The notes under the pieces are model-generated. The model searched no databases and was not told the DNA's origin. It was given only the letters and a program-made list of their open reading frames with translations. From contig NC_134026.1 of NCBI RefSeq assembly GCF_964204645.1, positions 25,330,150 through 25,394,149 on the forward strand: a stretch of DNA of 64,000 nt, written 5' to 3'. This DNA is from Tubulanus polymorphus (taxonomy: Eukaryota > Animalia > Nemertea). Positions 26,155-57,200 of this stretch are shown one piece after another. The position numbers and the translations under genes are program-made. Position 1 is the first letter of the stretch. Every line of letters starts with the position of its first letter.

Positions 26155-29100
26155 TCAAAGTTTTCTATCATCAACTACCGGTAAATTTCCGTTGTGGTTT
26201 AAAGTCTGCTGTGCGTTAATTTCACTATTGTCACTTTGATCGTAAGGTCGATGCGTATAGCGATATCGTAAACGTGCAAATCCTGATCTGTAAAAGAAAT
26301 TCAAACAATATTCAGTGAAGAAGTACTGATAGACAGAAAATATAAGTGCTCTAGAAATGGGACAGCAATTACCACATTCATTATAGGGAAGAAGTAATTT
26401 TGAGTATACGCAATTGATTTGTGACGAAAAACCATATCTGCAGTGAGTTTATACGCAATTTATTTGTGACGAAAACCCTAACTTGCTGTGAGACAATGTT
26501 AGCATACACGACAAAACTCTACAATGTCTGTTTCTAATTTTATCGAAGTGCATCTATTGTACCGTAAGAAAGATATTAGCTTAAGATATTCGTTTGAGGT
26601 GTTTTCCAGGTTCCTATCTAGGCTAGGTATCTACCGAGACCAAATATCAGTTTAAACAGACCTGATGATAGAACATACGGATATACCTTCAACTGAGTGC
26701 ATAAGTCACCTATACCAAAAATTGAAAAGAGTGCTTGAAGACTTTGTGTAACGTTTATTACCTCAAGAATGCTTAAAAATCCATGTTCTTGCTAACATTT
26801 CTAAATTTTCACGAAGAACAGAAACAAGAAATGAAGTAAAATTATTATTTTTATGCATTTTTTCGCCATGTCATAACTAGTTCGCGAAGAAATAGATCAT
26901 TGAAACAGTCGGCCTTGTCAGCGAAAACGAATTCACATAAATTAACAATCAGCATCTCGTGGGTATGTTGCCACTTGGGTTTCGTATAAGAAACGAGACA
27001 AATTCAATTGATATTCCTGATTTTCTTGGAAATACTGAGCTAGACGTAGATAAATGCATTTGTTCGAGGAAATTCTGCCCATTTCGGATTCTCGCGGAAA
27101 TACAGCTCCTAGTGACGGTCCTTAATTTCTAACAGTTAATGAATCCCAGGATATTGAAATCTACTGCAATAAAAGATCAGAACCCTCTCTCACCTGTCAT
27201 CATTATTTGCATAATGTATCGGCTCAGATGCCGCTCGCTCTTTTCGATCTTTCTCCTTGGCACTGCCGCGGCCCGGTTTCGGTAACTGACCACTGCTCGG
27301 CTTCGTACCGATGTATCCGATAAGCTTATAGTAATCGAGAAACGTTCGCGCTACATTTCTACCCAGTTTCATATCTGTTTGTGTATTCGTTAACGGAAAA
27401 AAACAACCAAAAATTATCGATCAATTTATCCAAAAAAACTGCCATCAACGTACATTTCTTATTGACTGTCATCGATCATCAGCAATAATATCAGTGGAGC
27501 AAATAAACTATGAACGAAGCAATGACAGAACGAAATAACTGATTGTTTTTAATGTAGTTCGAAGATAGACAAGTGACAGAATCAACCTCGGCTTATTATT
27601 GGAACTTTGTCAAATCAATCATTCTGATTTGAGACAAGAGATGAGATGACCCATCAACTCAGAATAGTTTTTCGAGTTCACCAAAAGGATACAAGCTTCT
27701 TCGGTGTACGGTAGAGCGGTGCTCGAATTTGCCGTCTGGTAACTGAAGAATGACACTTCGAGGGTGTAACTGTAAGAAGAATCATCTAAACAGCCTCCGA
27801 GAGTCCTGAAAATATATTGAGAAAGTATTCAAGAAATCAACCTCATCAGCTTATGGTTAGCAGCTTCCTTGAACAGTAAATATTGTCTAGCATAAATACC
27901 AATTTTATGGTCAGTACTAGCGTTGGTTGTCAATTTGGGAACTAAATAAGAATTTATTTCTTTAAAAATAATATTTGTTACTAATGTAAAAAGCATCGTC
28001 ATATAGTATGGTAATACCAGAGCGGTTCTAACATAAAGCTATCACTGTTATTGTCTGGGATGTTCGCGGAATAGATCCTAGTTTGATCTGTATCCTAATC
28101 CCTTCTTATGCCTCAGTTAATCTCCATGAAAATACAGGCAGGCGATGATAACACAGAATCATATCTGGGGATTAGTTGCCATTGATGACTCTGTAATGCT
28201 CATCACGCTGATCAATCTTTCCTCAAACGAATAATTTTCATATTTGATTCGAACCGACCCGAGGGACCGAGCAAAATCCTAAATTCACGATACGAACGAG
28301 TCATAACAACAACAGAAGCAAATAGGAAATTAGCATAACTAAACTCTAATGATGAAATCCATTGAATACCTGCCAGATTAAATGCCCATAGTCTGGTTTA
28401 GATAGTCAATTTCAATGTGGGTCAATTTTTGAATTCATGAAATCGAAAAACAATATATTGAGTCTATTGAACCTGTAACTCAATAATGAACCAAAATTGT
28501 TTTCCATTTTCAAAAATCAAAAACAAATCTGCAAATGACACCTCTTATACTGAATTACCGTATGCATCAAAACTTCGATTATTTTTCTAATAACAATTGG
28601 GAATATGAACTGCAAATAATGAATTCAGTAAGATTTATTCCAGTTGAAGAGATGTCTAACTGAATGACAGATCCTCCAACTTATTCCCGATTTAATTACA
28701 TTAGCATTAGATTTCGAAAACCCATTTAGTTTTTCTCAACTTTGAAAATGAAAAGGTTCTGTAGAGTTCTTTCGAAAGATTAACTGGTTAACTTATGAAG
28801 TTTTTTACTATTCACTTCTTATAAGAATCGAAGGCTTACTGGCCAATAGTCACAGCTGAAAACTTTTGTAGTTATTTCTAACATATATCAAGATTTTCAG
28901 ACAGAAAATCATACAAAACAACTCATGGAAAAAACTGCTCTCTTGCTCAGCTAAATCCAAGCAGCCATAAACTTACTACAAAGTTTTTCAAGATAATTGC
29001 CTAAACAATAAATCATCAACTTTTTCATTTCACTAAATATCTAATCAATATTGGACTTTTTATCAACAGATCAATCTACAGAATTCATTGTTCTAAATGA

Positions 29101-32100
29101 CACACATACATTCAAATCATGTTACAGCATTAAACAGAATGGGATATTATTCTTACGACTGCTAATCCCGCTATCTTTTCTCATCACAGATTTATCACCG
29201 AAATCGACATGAGTCGTGCATCGATATTTGAAACGCAATCAAAGTCGCATTGATTTTCCGATCTGTGTCCAGTCGGGCTAGCAGATGGGAATAGCGGCAA
29301 GTGCCAGCAAGCGAGAAGACTGGGTAGAATTTGATAGCGAGTCGCAGCACGCAAGATTACAAATCGCATTGATCTCCCGAAATCTGGCCGTCCAAATGAT
29401 AAATAAGCGTATTTATCATAAACACCGCAGATGAATACGATACTGCCAGCATTGCTGGTATGAATATTTTGCAGCTGGATTTATCATATCATCCAGTAAA
29501 ATATCTATATTTTTCCTTTTTTTCTAAATAAGTTTTCAAACAAAAAGTCTACATCTACTGTGTCTACAGCAGAAATACGGGAGACTGGATATATCTTTTA
29601 TCGCATATTATCAACCATATTAACCAAACTGAAAATATTTTGTTCTACATTGCATTGGTTATGAGAGACAGAATATATTTTCTGATTCCCTGAAATTTGT
29701 TTGTAAAATCAATACCCCGGTATACTGACTTTGTCAATATTCTTCAATTTAATCTAACTCATTTAGGGAATCATGCAGACTATAATATAAATTAGGTGTT
29801 TTCCTAAGATAAAACCTACAGGGCTAAAATGATGAAACCAATTTAGACAAAGGCCCGATATGTAACATTAGAAACCTGATGTCTACGTTCCAATCAAATA
29901 TCAGCCGACCCTTGACCAGTGAGATCTCATGCATACGCATCAGACTCGAGAAAAAGTAATTCCACTCAGGATGTCAGTTGATTTGGTCTTATCTTAGTTG
30001 GCGAGACCGCCAATATTGGCCATAGAATCTGCCGAATGACGCCGGAACCTGATAAGCATGGCCACTGCCAAATAAACGGGCTGCGATATTGACGCAGACG
30101 AAGAAACACAAACGAACGGTTTCTCACTTGAGTATTTGTTGAGCAAAGGAAAGCTTTTAGTTTCTGTGTAATTAAGACCGTCTTTGTTGGTTTCTAGTAA
30201 CAGTAATTTCATCCTTCAGTTCGCGATACACAGACACGAATATGTGGGCTGAATTCATGATTCCGCATGATGACGACGAATCAGTAAAAATTATTTGCTT
30301 GAAATCCTTAAAAACGCTGTTGCTGTATGTTCAAGTACAACTCAGATGTAAATACGCATGCCGGTAAATTTTGAGAGCCCTTGGGGGGTTCATTTACAGA
30401 ATTCACAATAGAATATTAATCGAAGTTGAATTACCTTCGCCCGGTGCCGGCTTTCACCGCATCACGGTTGAAGGCTGTATTGGCCATGGAGAAATCCTCA
30501 GCATTGGCGACGAGTAACTTGGGAAACACCGCCTGCTTTTCATATCTGTTCGCATCTTCGTAAATATTACCATACATAAATCCATTCATAAGCGTTGAAT
30601 GAGCGTGAATATCGATATAAAAATCCACTTCAAATTCCTTAAAAAAAGAAACATATAAAAATCAATAAACTTATATCGTTTCATTGTGAATTTTCAAATT
30701 TCTTGTGATAAAATTTCAATTTTCTGCTCAGAGCATTGAAGGGTTGGTTAATAAACAGTAAACAAGCTGTGAAGTGAAAATACTATGAAGTGATAAACTT
30801 CATTCACGTTCGATTACCGTCAAAACTCTTCAAACTCGATATGACAATGCAATTAACCACTGATAATATAATGACCATAAAAACACTGACATTGACTCAT
30901 AAACAACCATTGCTCACTTTGCACCCAATTTATATTCGCATCCACTGTCTATTATGATTATCATTGCGCCATCATTTATTCGTTGGTTTTGGCCTTTTTA
31001 CATCTTGTCTTGCTGCTAAATTAATCTCGTGTTTCATCCCACAAGAGCAACTACAGCCGACGAGATGGAATTTTTGCAGTCCGAAATTGGACATTGATGG
31101 GATTATACGCGTTTATTGGGCACATGAACCTGGTTTATGAGGATAATATGGTCGGACGCATGTAATGTGACCGTATACGACTACCGGTGTGCAGAATGAT
31201 GTAACGGAAAAAGTAATTACATCCCGTCATTTACTTGCCTCAATAAAACCCTTGAAAACTGTGCAGATGAGAGATAAGAAAATTATGATTTTCAAAGGAA
31301 CAGAGGGATACTTTCTTTCATCGTATCAACTTTGGAAAGAGCTCTTAAAACGCAATATCATGACAAGTACACCAGTGCATCTGCGGTATGAATGATCGTA
31401 TGATTTTGCGTGAAATAAAATGTTGAAATGAATATAAAGTACTTACATCGCTTTGGTCAAATTCCATAAGGAGATTCTTGCATGCGTATAAAGTTGGATG
31501 GGCCCACGGGGACGGCTCCTGCCAGTGGCGATTCAAGTCAAATCCCATAAGAGAACATCTACAACCCAGAAAGTGGCAACATAATTTCCATATGTTTTAT
31601 ATTGATACATGCAATTGAATAATAATCAACATTAATTTTTGGAACACCATAAGCCTTCATGCAAGAGAAACTTAGATATCTGGGTTATATTCAAATCAAA
31701 CTATCCAATTTGTGGAGTTAAGATTTTACTCAACAGTAAACTCATATCAAACTAATTTCAACTCAGTTAATTTTAACTCAAAATTGTAACTACAGAATCG
31801 TATCCAGACTTATAACGTTTAGTTAGACTAGGTTTACCTATAATTCCCCAAGTATACCCCATCAGGATTTAACATGGGCACAATTTTGAATACGAGAGAT
31901 TCTCGGAGTATCTTGGCAATCGGGTGATTGCTGACTAGAAAATCAATAATCCCTGCAGTAGAATAGAAATGAAACAGTAAATTAATAACAATTTTAATAC
32001 GAAGAACATTAAACTGTCAACGCGCTATAAATACTGAAAATATGAGTGGATAGATAAAACGTGACATACCCTGACATAAGAATGAAGATGGAGTCTCCCC

Positions 32101-34109
32101 CGGATGGACTCTGGCAGTTATGAATACAGTTTTTTGCTTGGCATCAGTTTGAGTATTTTGAGGATTCGTGATAGTCAATAAATCTAGACGCCTTTGTTGC
32201 TAAAATAATAAAAGATGATATATTCAATTGTCCAGTGTTAGGGACTCAAGATTGAGAAATACTGGAATTCTTTCAAGATTGTACACGTACTACGCTGAGA
32301 CAGAGAAGCTCCCTTTGAAAATATGGCATATTTCGCTTTTCAAGATTATCGAGGTAAATTTGTAATCTCGTGTAAGAGTACGGATAGCAGTATGCAAATT
32401 GGTAAACGTCGTCCTCGCGATCGAAACAAAACGAAAACGACATGACGTAGTTTTTCCGGTGATCCGGACATCGATAGTAGTAAACATGCTTCGCCGGTAT
32501 TCTAACCCTAAAATAATTCGAAAAATAGATAAAAACCTGCTGGGGGCAGTAATGATATCATATGCAATGTTAATAAATAGTTTACCATTTTGGCCTGCTT
32601 GTGGATTTCACAAGTGGAGTCATGCCATCTCTGTATAAGGACTTCGTTTTGCTGAAGTTTACCACATTGAAGATTATTCGCTAAAATATTGAAAATATAC
32701 AAGAAAAAAAAAGAAATGAAAAAATTCAAATTACCAGTTTTGATATCGGAATTAAATGTGGATCATTGGCCGATAACTACCTGTTCAGATTTGACATTCT
32801 CAACGGTGAAATTGAACCAAACTCTGAACCGCGGATTACACGTATCAGGACGGATAAATAAATCGAATTCTGAATCGGTTATGTAATCGACCCTACCAAG
32901 ATTGCCTGCAAAAAATCATCAGGAGTCAATAAACAAAGGAAGTCTGAGGTTAGTATTGATGCAATTAATCCTAAATCTTACCGCTTTCGAAACAAGCATC
33001 GAATATAATATGACCTTTCTTTGGTCTTCCATTGTATCCAGGAGGAACCACACAGAATTTGTTCACATTTCCAACAACAGGCTCATCAGTACTCTCTGAA
33101 TCACTTCCTGAAATTTGAGAGTACAGTCTTGGCTATAGAGGATAGGAGTATGGAATAGGGCATGATTCCCCAACTGGGTGGTCACTGTTCAATTAATGAC
33201 TAGGAGAACTGTCATCTTGTTGGATTGGAATGTATTTAGGCTGTTTGGTTTTCGTAACAAGCCAGCTGAAAAAAATATCTGACCGATGTCAGCAAAAGCC
33301 ATGCAAATCTAAATGAATTGAACTAGTGTCTGGTCTGGTGGTTGGACGATAGAGAGCCAGAGCACTGTGCACACTTAATTGCTTGTTGATGATACAACCA
33401 CTTTCATCCAGGATTGGGGCCAGGGTGAACCAGTGGGCTGTATTAGGTTTAGGGTTAAGGTTTCTACAAGGTTAGTGTCTAGGGGTCCAAGTTAGGTGTA
33501 GGGTCCTTTTTACAGCTAGGGCGATAGGGTTAGGTTGAATGTTAGCCTATAGGGTAGGCTATATGTAGTTAAAACATTCTGTAGGATTACACTCTAACTC
33601 TATTTTCTCTAGATTTGTTCTTCACATTCCTTTTCTGAGTCCCCGACTCAATGCGATGCGCTGTGTAAATTAGCCAATCAGAACGAGTTGTATGTAGGCA
33701 AAAATAGCGTTAGCTAACAAACAGGAATGATGCGGCATTGCCCAATTCGCAAAATATATCACCTGCCAAAATGATTAACTATTTTCAAGTGTCAAGTCAA
33801 AGTGTCAAAGTTTTTAAGACTGACACTGTTTTCGGTCACCTGGATCCAGTTAAATCTAACATGTGATTTTTTCTTCTGGACTTTGAACTGTCTCTAAACA
33901 AAATTTAATTTGAATTCGATTTATGCAAAAAGGAGGTCTTTCAAAGGTTGTTACATAAAGCTAGACTCATCTACGGATTATGAACAGATCATCAACTTTT
34001 TGGGATAGTTGCAGGACCAAATAGATCGACTTTATTGTCCAAATAGTGTGGTTTCTTAGCAACATGTACACAAACCTGAATCCGGGGTTACTTTCTTGTT
34101 GTCGGCCAT
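26155..34109 (-). CDS. AGBL4: Cytosolic carboxypeptidase 6 (tubulin deglutamylase), 12 coding exons
   Basis: Exons on -: 34109-34076, 33107-32982, 32905-32781, 32680-32586, 32507-32291, 32199-32070, 31952-31838, 31558-31447, 30637-30435, 27805-27693, 27374-27194, 26287-26155 (last exon less certain). Peptides [79 protein letters not shown] and [21 protein letters not shown] match AGBL4/CCP6. Confidence 0.95.
27375..27692 (-). other. U12-type (minor spliceosome) GT-AG intron in AGBL4
   Basis: 5' splice site GTATCCTTTT; branch-point-like TTTCCGTTAAC ~15 nt before the CAG acceptor, with no polypyrimidine tract; splits the Tyr codon of EEAY|MKLG. Confidence 0.85.
34051..34063. promoter_or_regulatory. 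Putative RFX X-box near the AGBL4 start
   Basis: GTTTCTTAGCAAC a few nt inside intron 1, ~45 nt from the ATG. Confidence 0.4.
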
Positions 34110-34122
34110 TTTAATAACATAC

Positions 34123-34152
34123 ATGACGTCATACTACGCGCTATGACGTCTC
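34123..34152. promoter_or_regulatory. Tandem CRE/ATF sites immediately upstream of AGBL4
   Basis: Perfect palindrome ATGACGTCAT (34123-34132) and a second ATGACGTC at 34143-34150. Confidence 0.5.
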
Positions 34153-37100
34153 GTTCATTCATAAATTCTCCGGTGGTGCATTTCCGAATTTAATCCGTTT
34201 AATATCCATCAAATTAACCAGATATAGTCATATATCGATATATATCACTTAAAATTGGGTATGACGTTCCACAAAACTATTAGTGAAAGCTTGACTAGTG
34301 AGAAAAAGTAAATTATTTCTCCCGCCATGTATTTAAATTAGCCACGCATCTTGCCTTATTGCTAATGTGTTATTCCCCGTAGAAAATAGTGCATTACTTT
34401 TTCTCAAGTAATTTGTACGTCGATTTGAATTAAGATTATGATTCTATGCGAAAGTATAAAAAAATGTTAAAACGCTTACAATTTTGCGCTATAAATGAAT
34501 ATGTAACCTTGTTCTACAGAGCGCATTAATTAAGTATCCACATCTCGCATTGTCTCGCGAAGAAAATTGTACTCACGCGTGAACTGAAGCCATGATGATG
34601 ATGATGGAGGTGATGTATTTTTCTATAAATCAGCTAAATTTAGACTTGTATTCTATTTCAGCGTGTCGCGAATGTTTTGCATGTTGTGTAGTGAAGTTGT
34701 TTTATTCTCAAGTTCTTTTGTTCGTGTTGGAAGTGCCTTAAAATCGCACGTTTTATTGCGTTTAATAATGCTCGCATCCTCTGCTCCATCCGAGACGTGA
34801 CCCAAGTCGAGAACTCGTTCGGTTTCGTTTTAGGGGATGATTGGTTGGGGGGTGGAGTGAATGAAACCCCCGAAAGCTGTTGGCTGAAAACTGAGTGGGT
34901 TTTTAAAGTCTAAACCCATGTCCCACTCTTTTATAGCCTTGCTCAACAGTCAACATATACCATTAGAGAACTTATTAAATTAAGAGATATTTACAGTGTT
35001 GGGACTGTTGTTGGTTTGCATGACTAATATTAGACCAAATCGGCAAATGGCTCATTCAATGCGAGTTTGTTCAGGACTAGCGACTACAGCATCCAATAAA
35101 TGTTGGTCAGACAGTTCTCTCTGTAGCTATGATGATTTAATTTTCTTCATAGCTTGAGTCGCGCTAGAGGACTTGTTTATTTTGGTATATCCACAAATCT
35201 GAAAGGATTTTTTGGTCAGTTCGAATGAAAGTGTGGAGCTTGGCTTATTCATTGGTCATCTGTCTGTACGTAATTATTGGTCATTTTTCATTTGGCTAAT
35301 GGGTTTGTCACAAATATCTATGGGTATTCCTTAAAGTGGAGCTTAAATCCTATTTTGTGTGAACAAAGTTTGATGTCGGGCCTAATGTATCAAGGAAGAA
35401 ATACAATTGTCCTTCAATTGTCCATCATTCATACCATTCAGACATGAAAGCTAAATGAAGCCAAGGCTATTATTAAAGATCGCACATTGTATTAATTGTT
35501 GTGTTATGAGCTCTTATTGAAAGATGGCAGCACCTGTAATCATTGACACTTTCGGAATCATGATCTTGCGATGAGTAAACTTCAAATTAAATTTTAAGAC
35601 TGACTTGATAGATCAATAGAAGGTTTACTTGTTAATTCCAGTATTTAGATAACTCCCTCAATGTTCAATCTTTCGTAAAATAAAGTCAGATTCTCTCTTA
35701 GCTTTCTATTTTGGATTCTATTTTTTAAGCCAATCGGAATTAGTTGTAAAATTTTGATTGATCAAATTTTCTTGTAATACCATAAATCAACCCAATTAAA
35801 GGACAAGAATGTGAACTGATAGTTTCAACTTATCAACTTCTTAAGTGAAAAGTTTTTTTAGGGTTATTTGTAAAGTGCGTTTTCTCCATTTTCAGTGTAT
35901 GCCTATTTTGTCCACTTTGATATTTTTTGGTCGTTTTCTACGTGTAGATGGTCCGATAGTTTATTGTGGTTTTTTCTCGGGTAGATGTTGATATAGAAAT
36001 CCTCTAAGTTGATGATCCCACGTGTTGACTAGATAGGAAGAAAGCACATTTCGAAACGCAAATTTTCCAGATGAGAGTATGTATGCCTATTAACGTATTT
36101 GTTCAACCCTTGAAATTCAGATATCCGATAGAATTAAGTGCTAGAAATTCAAACCATAATTTTTTTTCTAAACAAGAAATATTTTATTTCTAATCTAGAA
36201 AATGATACTCTTCAGTTAGTTTCTATAAACCATGGTTAGTAGGGGGAACTTTTCCCGAGTAGATATTTTCTCAAAAAATTTTGTTCTCTGTCCTATGTTG
36301 TCCATCGGGCAGCCAGAACAAGTATGATAATTTGGTCATTCATTTATCCACAGTTATTTACATAAGATTACGCTTTGTGGATGCCTACTGGTCTTTGTGA
36401 TACACCAGCCATTGACGGATGCTGATGAATTCTCCATGTCTGGGATGCTATTGGCTGCTTTGCGCGTTGCCCGATATATGTGTATCGTCCACAATGAAAA
36501 GGGGTTCTCAGCTTCATTTCTGTTCAACTAAATTGTACTTTTTTGAGTTAAATTTTAAAAGTATTGACATATTCGGATACTAATTTACACTCGAGTCATC
36601 AATATTTGATCAGGTAGAACTTGTGCGCGATTTACTTTATTCATTGTTAATGAACCATCTGTCAGATTATGAGGAGTCTGCAGAGCTTCCACCCCCGGAC
36701 CGTAATGGACTGATCACATTTAGCTCTGGGTTTTTATTGGGATATTCGAACACTCTTCATGTGTGCGCTTTCTGAGCAGTACTGCAACTTATATCAGTCA
36801 GCATTTCTTTGAAACTACCCCAACTTTAAGTCAGCCTTGTTTAAACACTTCACAAATGCAGGTACTGTATATTTTTGTTTTTTCTGATTTTGTTTTCGTC
36901 CGTATGATTTCACTTGTTTCTATAGTTATGCTGTCATTATGCGTACATACATGGCTTTGATTATTATTGATTTCGATGAATTTGACATTTTTCGCCAAAT
37001 CTCTCATATTTTCTATGTTCCGATGCTTTTCGTTGGCGTTGATTCTCGATCGGTTATTACGAGACGTTATCATTATTTGCTTTAGGTTTGAAAATTCTTT

Positions 37101-37679
37101 ATACAATACCCCCTCTATCTATCTCAACCCCTTATTTTTGTGTTTTCTTGAAATATCAATTAATTATCGTTTACCGATACGTTTGATATTTGAGTACGAA
37201 ACGAATTTACGTATATTATTATTATTATTATTTTTGTGTATCGTTGGTTTTATTATTATAAATTTTATTGAAACGCTGGAATGGCGCGCGTCACTCGCAT
37301 TTTCGTGGTATACTTTATTCGTTTCGCGACGATGCCAAAGTATTCACGATAAAATGTGCAGTGAATTCGGACCTAACCAGTAAACCCGCGATGATATTTA
37401 GCTATAATACCATCGAGTTAGAAGATATATCTTGAAAACTCTGTGCGCGACGTGTGGAAACAGAGTAAGAGGATTAATTAAGATGTAATACACCTACGAG
37501 GATCATTGGAAGAAAGCTGGCAATAGCGACATCAGTATTTGAAAATTTTAACAGGAGTCTATATATATACGGCGAATTAAATGTGCTTCGTGTGTTTTAA
37601 GTGTCACTTTATTGGATAAACTGCATGTCCGTCACTTGGTTACATGTTCCGAATCGCATTGGATAAGTCTTCGACTACT

Positions 37680-54266
<16,587 letters not shown>

Positions 54267-57200
54267 AAAATAAACAGTCGTTTCGATTGAGAGGCGGAAC
54301 CGTAGTAAGCACGAACAATTTTTAAATAAAACTTTATTTAAAAAATGGAAAAAAGTGGATTGTGGATACTAGTCACCAAATAACATTATTATTTACAGAG
54401 GAGCATATATTATAAAAAGATATGAAATGTGTGAGAGACGAACAATATTATTTATGAAGCGTTTACTTAAAAAAAAAAACACAAAATTCTTCGACGAAAA
54501 TAAGTGTATCTGTACGTATACGTGTACGTGACTTGAAAAAGAGACAAGGATGTTATACAAAATGTGTTCATTGTGCTTGCAATCCTGAAAGGATGTACGT
54601 TAACTCTAAATGTGGTCAAAATAAGTCCACGCATAGCAAATTTAAATCAAACCATTGCGTTTGTGGCCCAACGTTTACCGTAATTGGCTAATTATCGTTA
54701 CCATTTTTTGTCTGAATTACGATCTTCTTGTTGTTATTACTATTTACAATTTAAAAGCGTTCTGTTTCGGGTTTTATCATTTTTCGATCAATTAGTTTTT
54801 CTCATCGACAGCATAATTTTTCTCTTGATTCATTTACATGATGTACACACACACACACACACACAATACATACACATGCAGAGTACTAATCAGTGCTCTA
54901 TCTCTCTCTTTCTCTCTCTCTCTCGCTGTTTTTTGCTGATGATTTTTTGTTCGTTGTGGGTTTAGTTCAGTATTTGTGTTGTTTAGTCATAACAAAAAAA
55001 TTGACAAAAAATTTTCTTATGTATGGAAAAAATTCATATTATCATAATATATCATACAAAACCAATCTTAATATTTTGGTAGTCACAATTACCAGACTAT
55101 AATGTAAATCGTGGTGTTTATATTTATTGTCTTATTCTATTTAACTCAGTACGATTTTGTTTTAGTCAGTAACCATTTGTGCATTTAACAATCTCAAAAG
55201 ACTCGATATCTTTCTAAGTCACTTTAGCTGCATATCAGTTTTTGGTCCTCGCCACATATATCTCGATGTTGATATATATTTAAGATTTTTTAACATGTTG
55301 CCAGGACCAAATCGATCAGCATATCTGCCAATCTCATTTCTCCGAGTCTCATTTTTACACAAAAAAAACCAGTGTTCGTTTTATGATTATATTTATTTGA
55401 TGATTTTTGCTGAAAATAACTGCTTTTTATTTACAGCGCGAGTAGCGCCGCCAAAGCAATTCTTTTTTGTTAGTAGTTTTCCTTTGATTTAGCCAATATT
55501 CTTTTTTAGTTTGCTAGTTTTGTTGGTATTACCTGATCATACAAGAATTTTGTAATCGATATATTATTAATTTATTTCTCTGATAGAAGACCTATCTGTT
55601 ATGATTTATATATCAATATGTAGATAGATATATATGTATATATATATTTATCTAAAATATATATATATGTATGTATGAAGATTGTACATAAGTCATGTAC
55701 TATTTATTTCTAATTTATTTCATTCATTAGTTACTCACATTACCTGTTTAGTTAGATTTTGTTGCTGGTTTACCAATGATAGTAATAATTATAATATTGA
55801 TGATGATGATAATGATGATAATAATAATAATATTATCCTTGTTTATTTCTAATTTGTGCTATTTAATGGGCTTATTGTTTTGCTGCACCTATAATCTCAT
55901 TGCTTTGTCCTTGTTGTTTTCCCGTGGAACGTTTATCATACATGTATTTTTTAGACACCTGACTTTTTCATTTTCTTCACCACCCGAGGCATTCATATTA
56001 ACAACATTTCTTTTGCGTTTTTGGGGTTCCTGTTTCTCTCGGTTATCAGTCGGTCTTCGTTTCAATAATTATTCTCTCTAAATTTTCCCCCGGGTGGGTT
56101 AATTTTGGCAGTGATAAGCCAGATGTAATACACATATATAGATACATGATATAACGTTTTTAAATTTGCATGTGATGGAAGAGACTGTGTTGTGATTTGA
56201 AAACCAAAAAATGAAAAATAGGATATTTAAAACAACTCAGTCCTGAGACAGCGCACTCGCTCGCTCACGGTGGCGAACAAGTCAAAACGGATTCTTCATG
56301 CAACTTCCAAAAAGAGATTTCTATATTTTTGTACAGTTCGATATGTAAATCTAGTCACTGGATTTTTAGCAATGGGGTTTTGTACCAATGATGTACAGTT
56401 CCGATGTACAAATACATAATTACAAGGCCACATTTCTGAGCTCTTCCATTTACAAATATATCTGTGAATATACCGGATTTTCATACATATGAGGCGGACA
56501 TTTAGATCCACTTAAAGGTCACACTTGCTGTGTATATATTATATAATGATTAACGTATTTGTGAAGTTCCATGTGTTTAGAGCGAGATGTTTAAAAAAAT
56601 GTTCAGCCTGTGTCGAAGCTGTTTGAGTGTCGTTTGAAAATTATCGAAAATACCGGTAAAAAACTCGTTCTTCAGACGGATGCGAAAACTATCGTCGCGT
56701 GTATTGCGAAACGACGCGTGTACTTGTGCGAGATAATGAACGACCTCGAAAGGATTTATTAAGCATATTACCGGTTATCAAACTATTATACTAGAAACAA
56801 AAACCAAAAACGCTAGAACCAGAAGACGACGTAAATTCCAATGCCTCAACTACGTAATCACCCCAACGAAATCTGTAAAATTGATACAATGACATTCCCG
56901 ATATGATGAAGACTGCACGTATCTAGTAAGTAGTTTGCTAGTGGCTTAATTGTAGCTTTTATATAGTGATCTCGCTTTTGAACCGTTTATATACACAAAA
57001 CACCTCCATGACTGTAAATTCATCCTTTACGGAGGTGCTAAATTATTTGGAAAGATATACTTTATGGAATGGGATCAAAGAATTTTATTGTATAAAAAAG
57101 GGTGACAATTTATAAAAGCTGATGTATTGTGTACATCAGGAATATAATGATTACATTAATGATAATAATGTTGATGCTGGTAATAACTTGATGCCTGTTG

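Noticed and set aside
33440-33560. Interstitial telomere-like TTAGGG sequence in AGBL4 intron 1
   Set aside because: Only scattered degenerate units, not an array; probably part of a common repeat.
36967-37383. 138-aa hydrophobic ORF upstream of ELAV
   Set aside because: T-rich non-coding composition yields spurious F/L/I-rich frames; more likely promoter or 5' UTR sequence.
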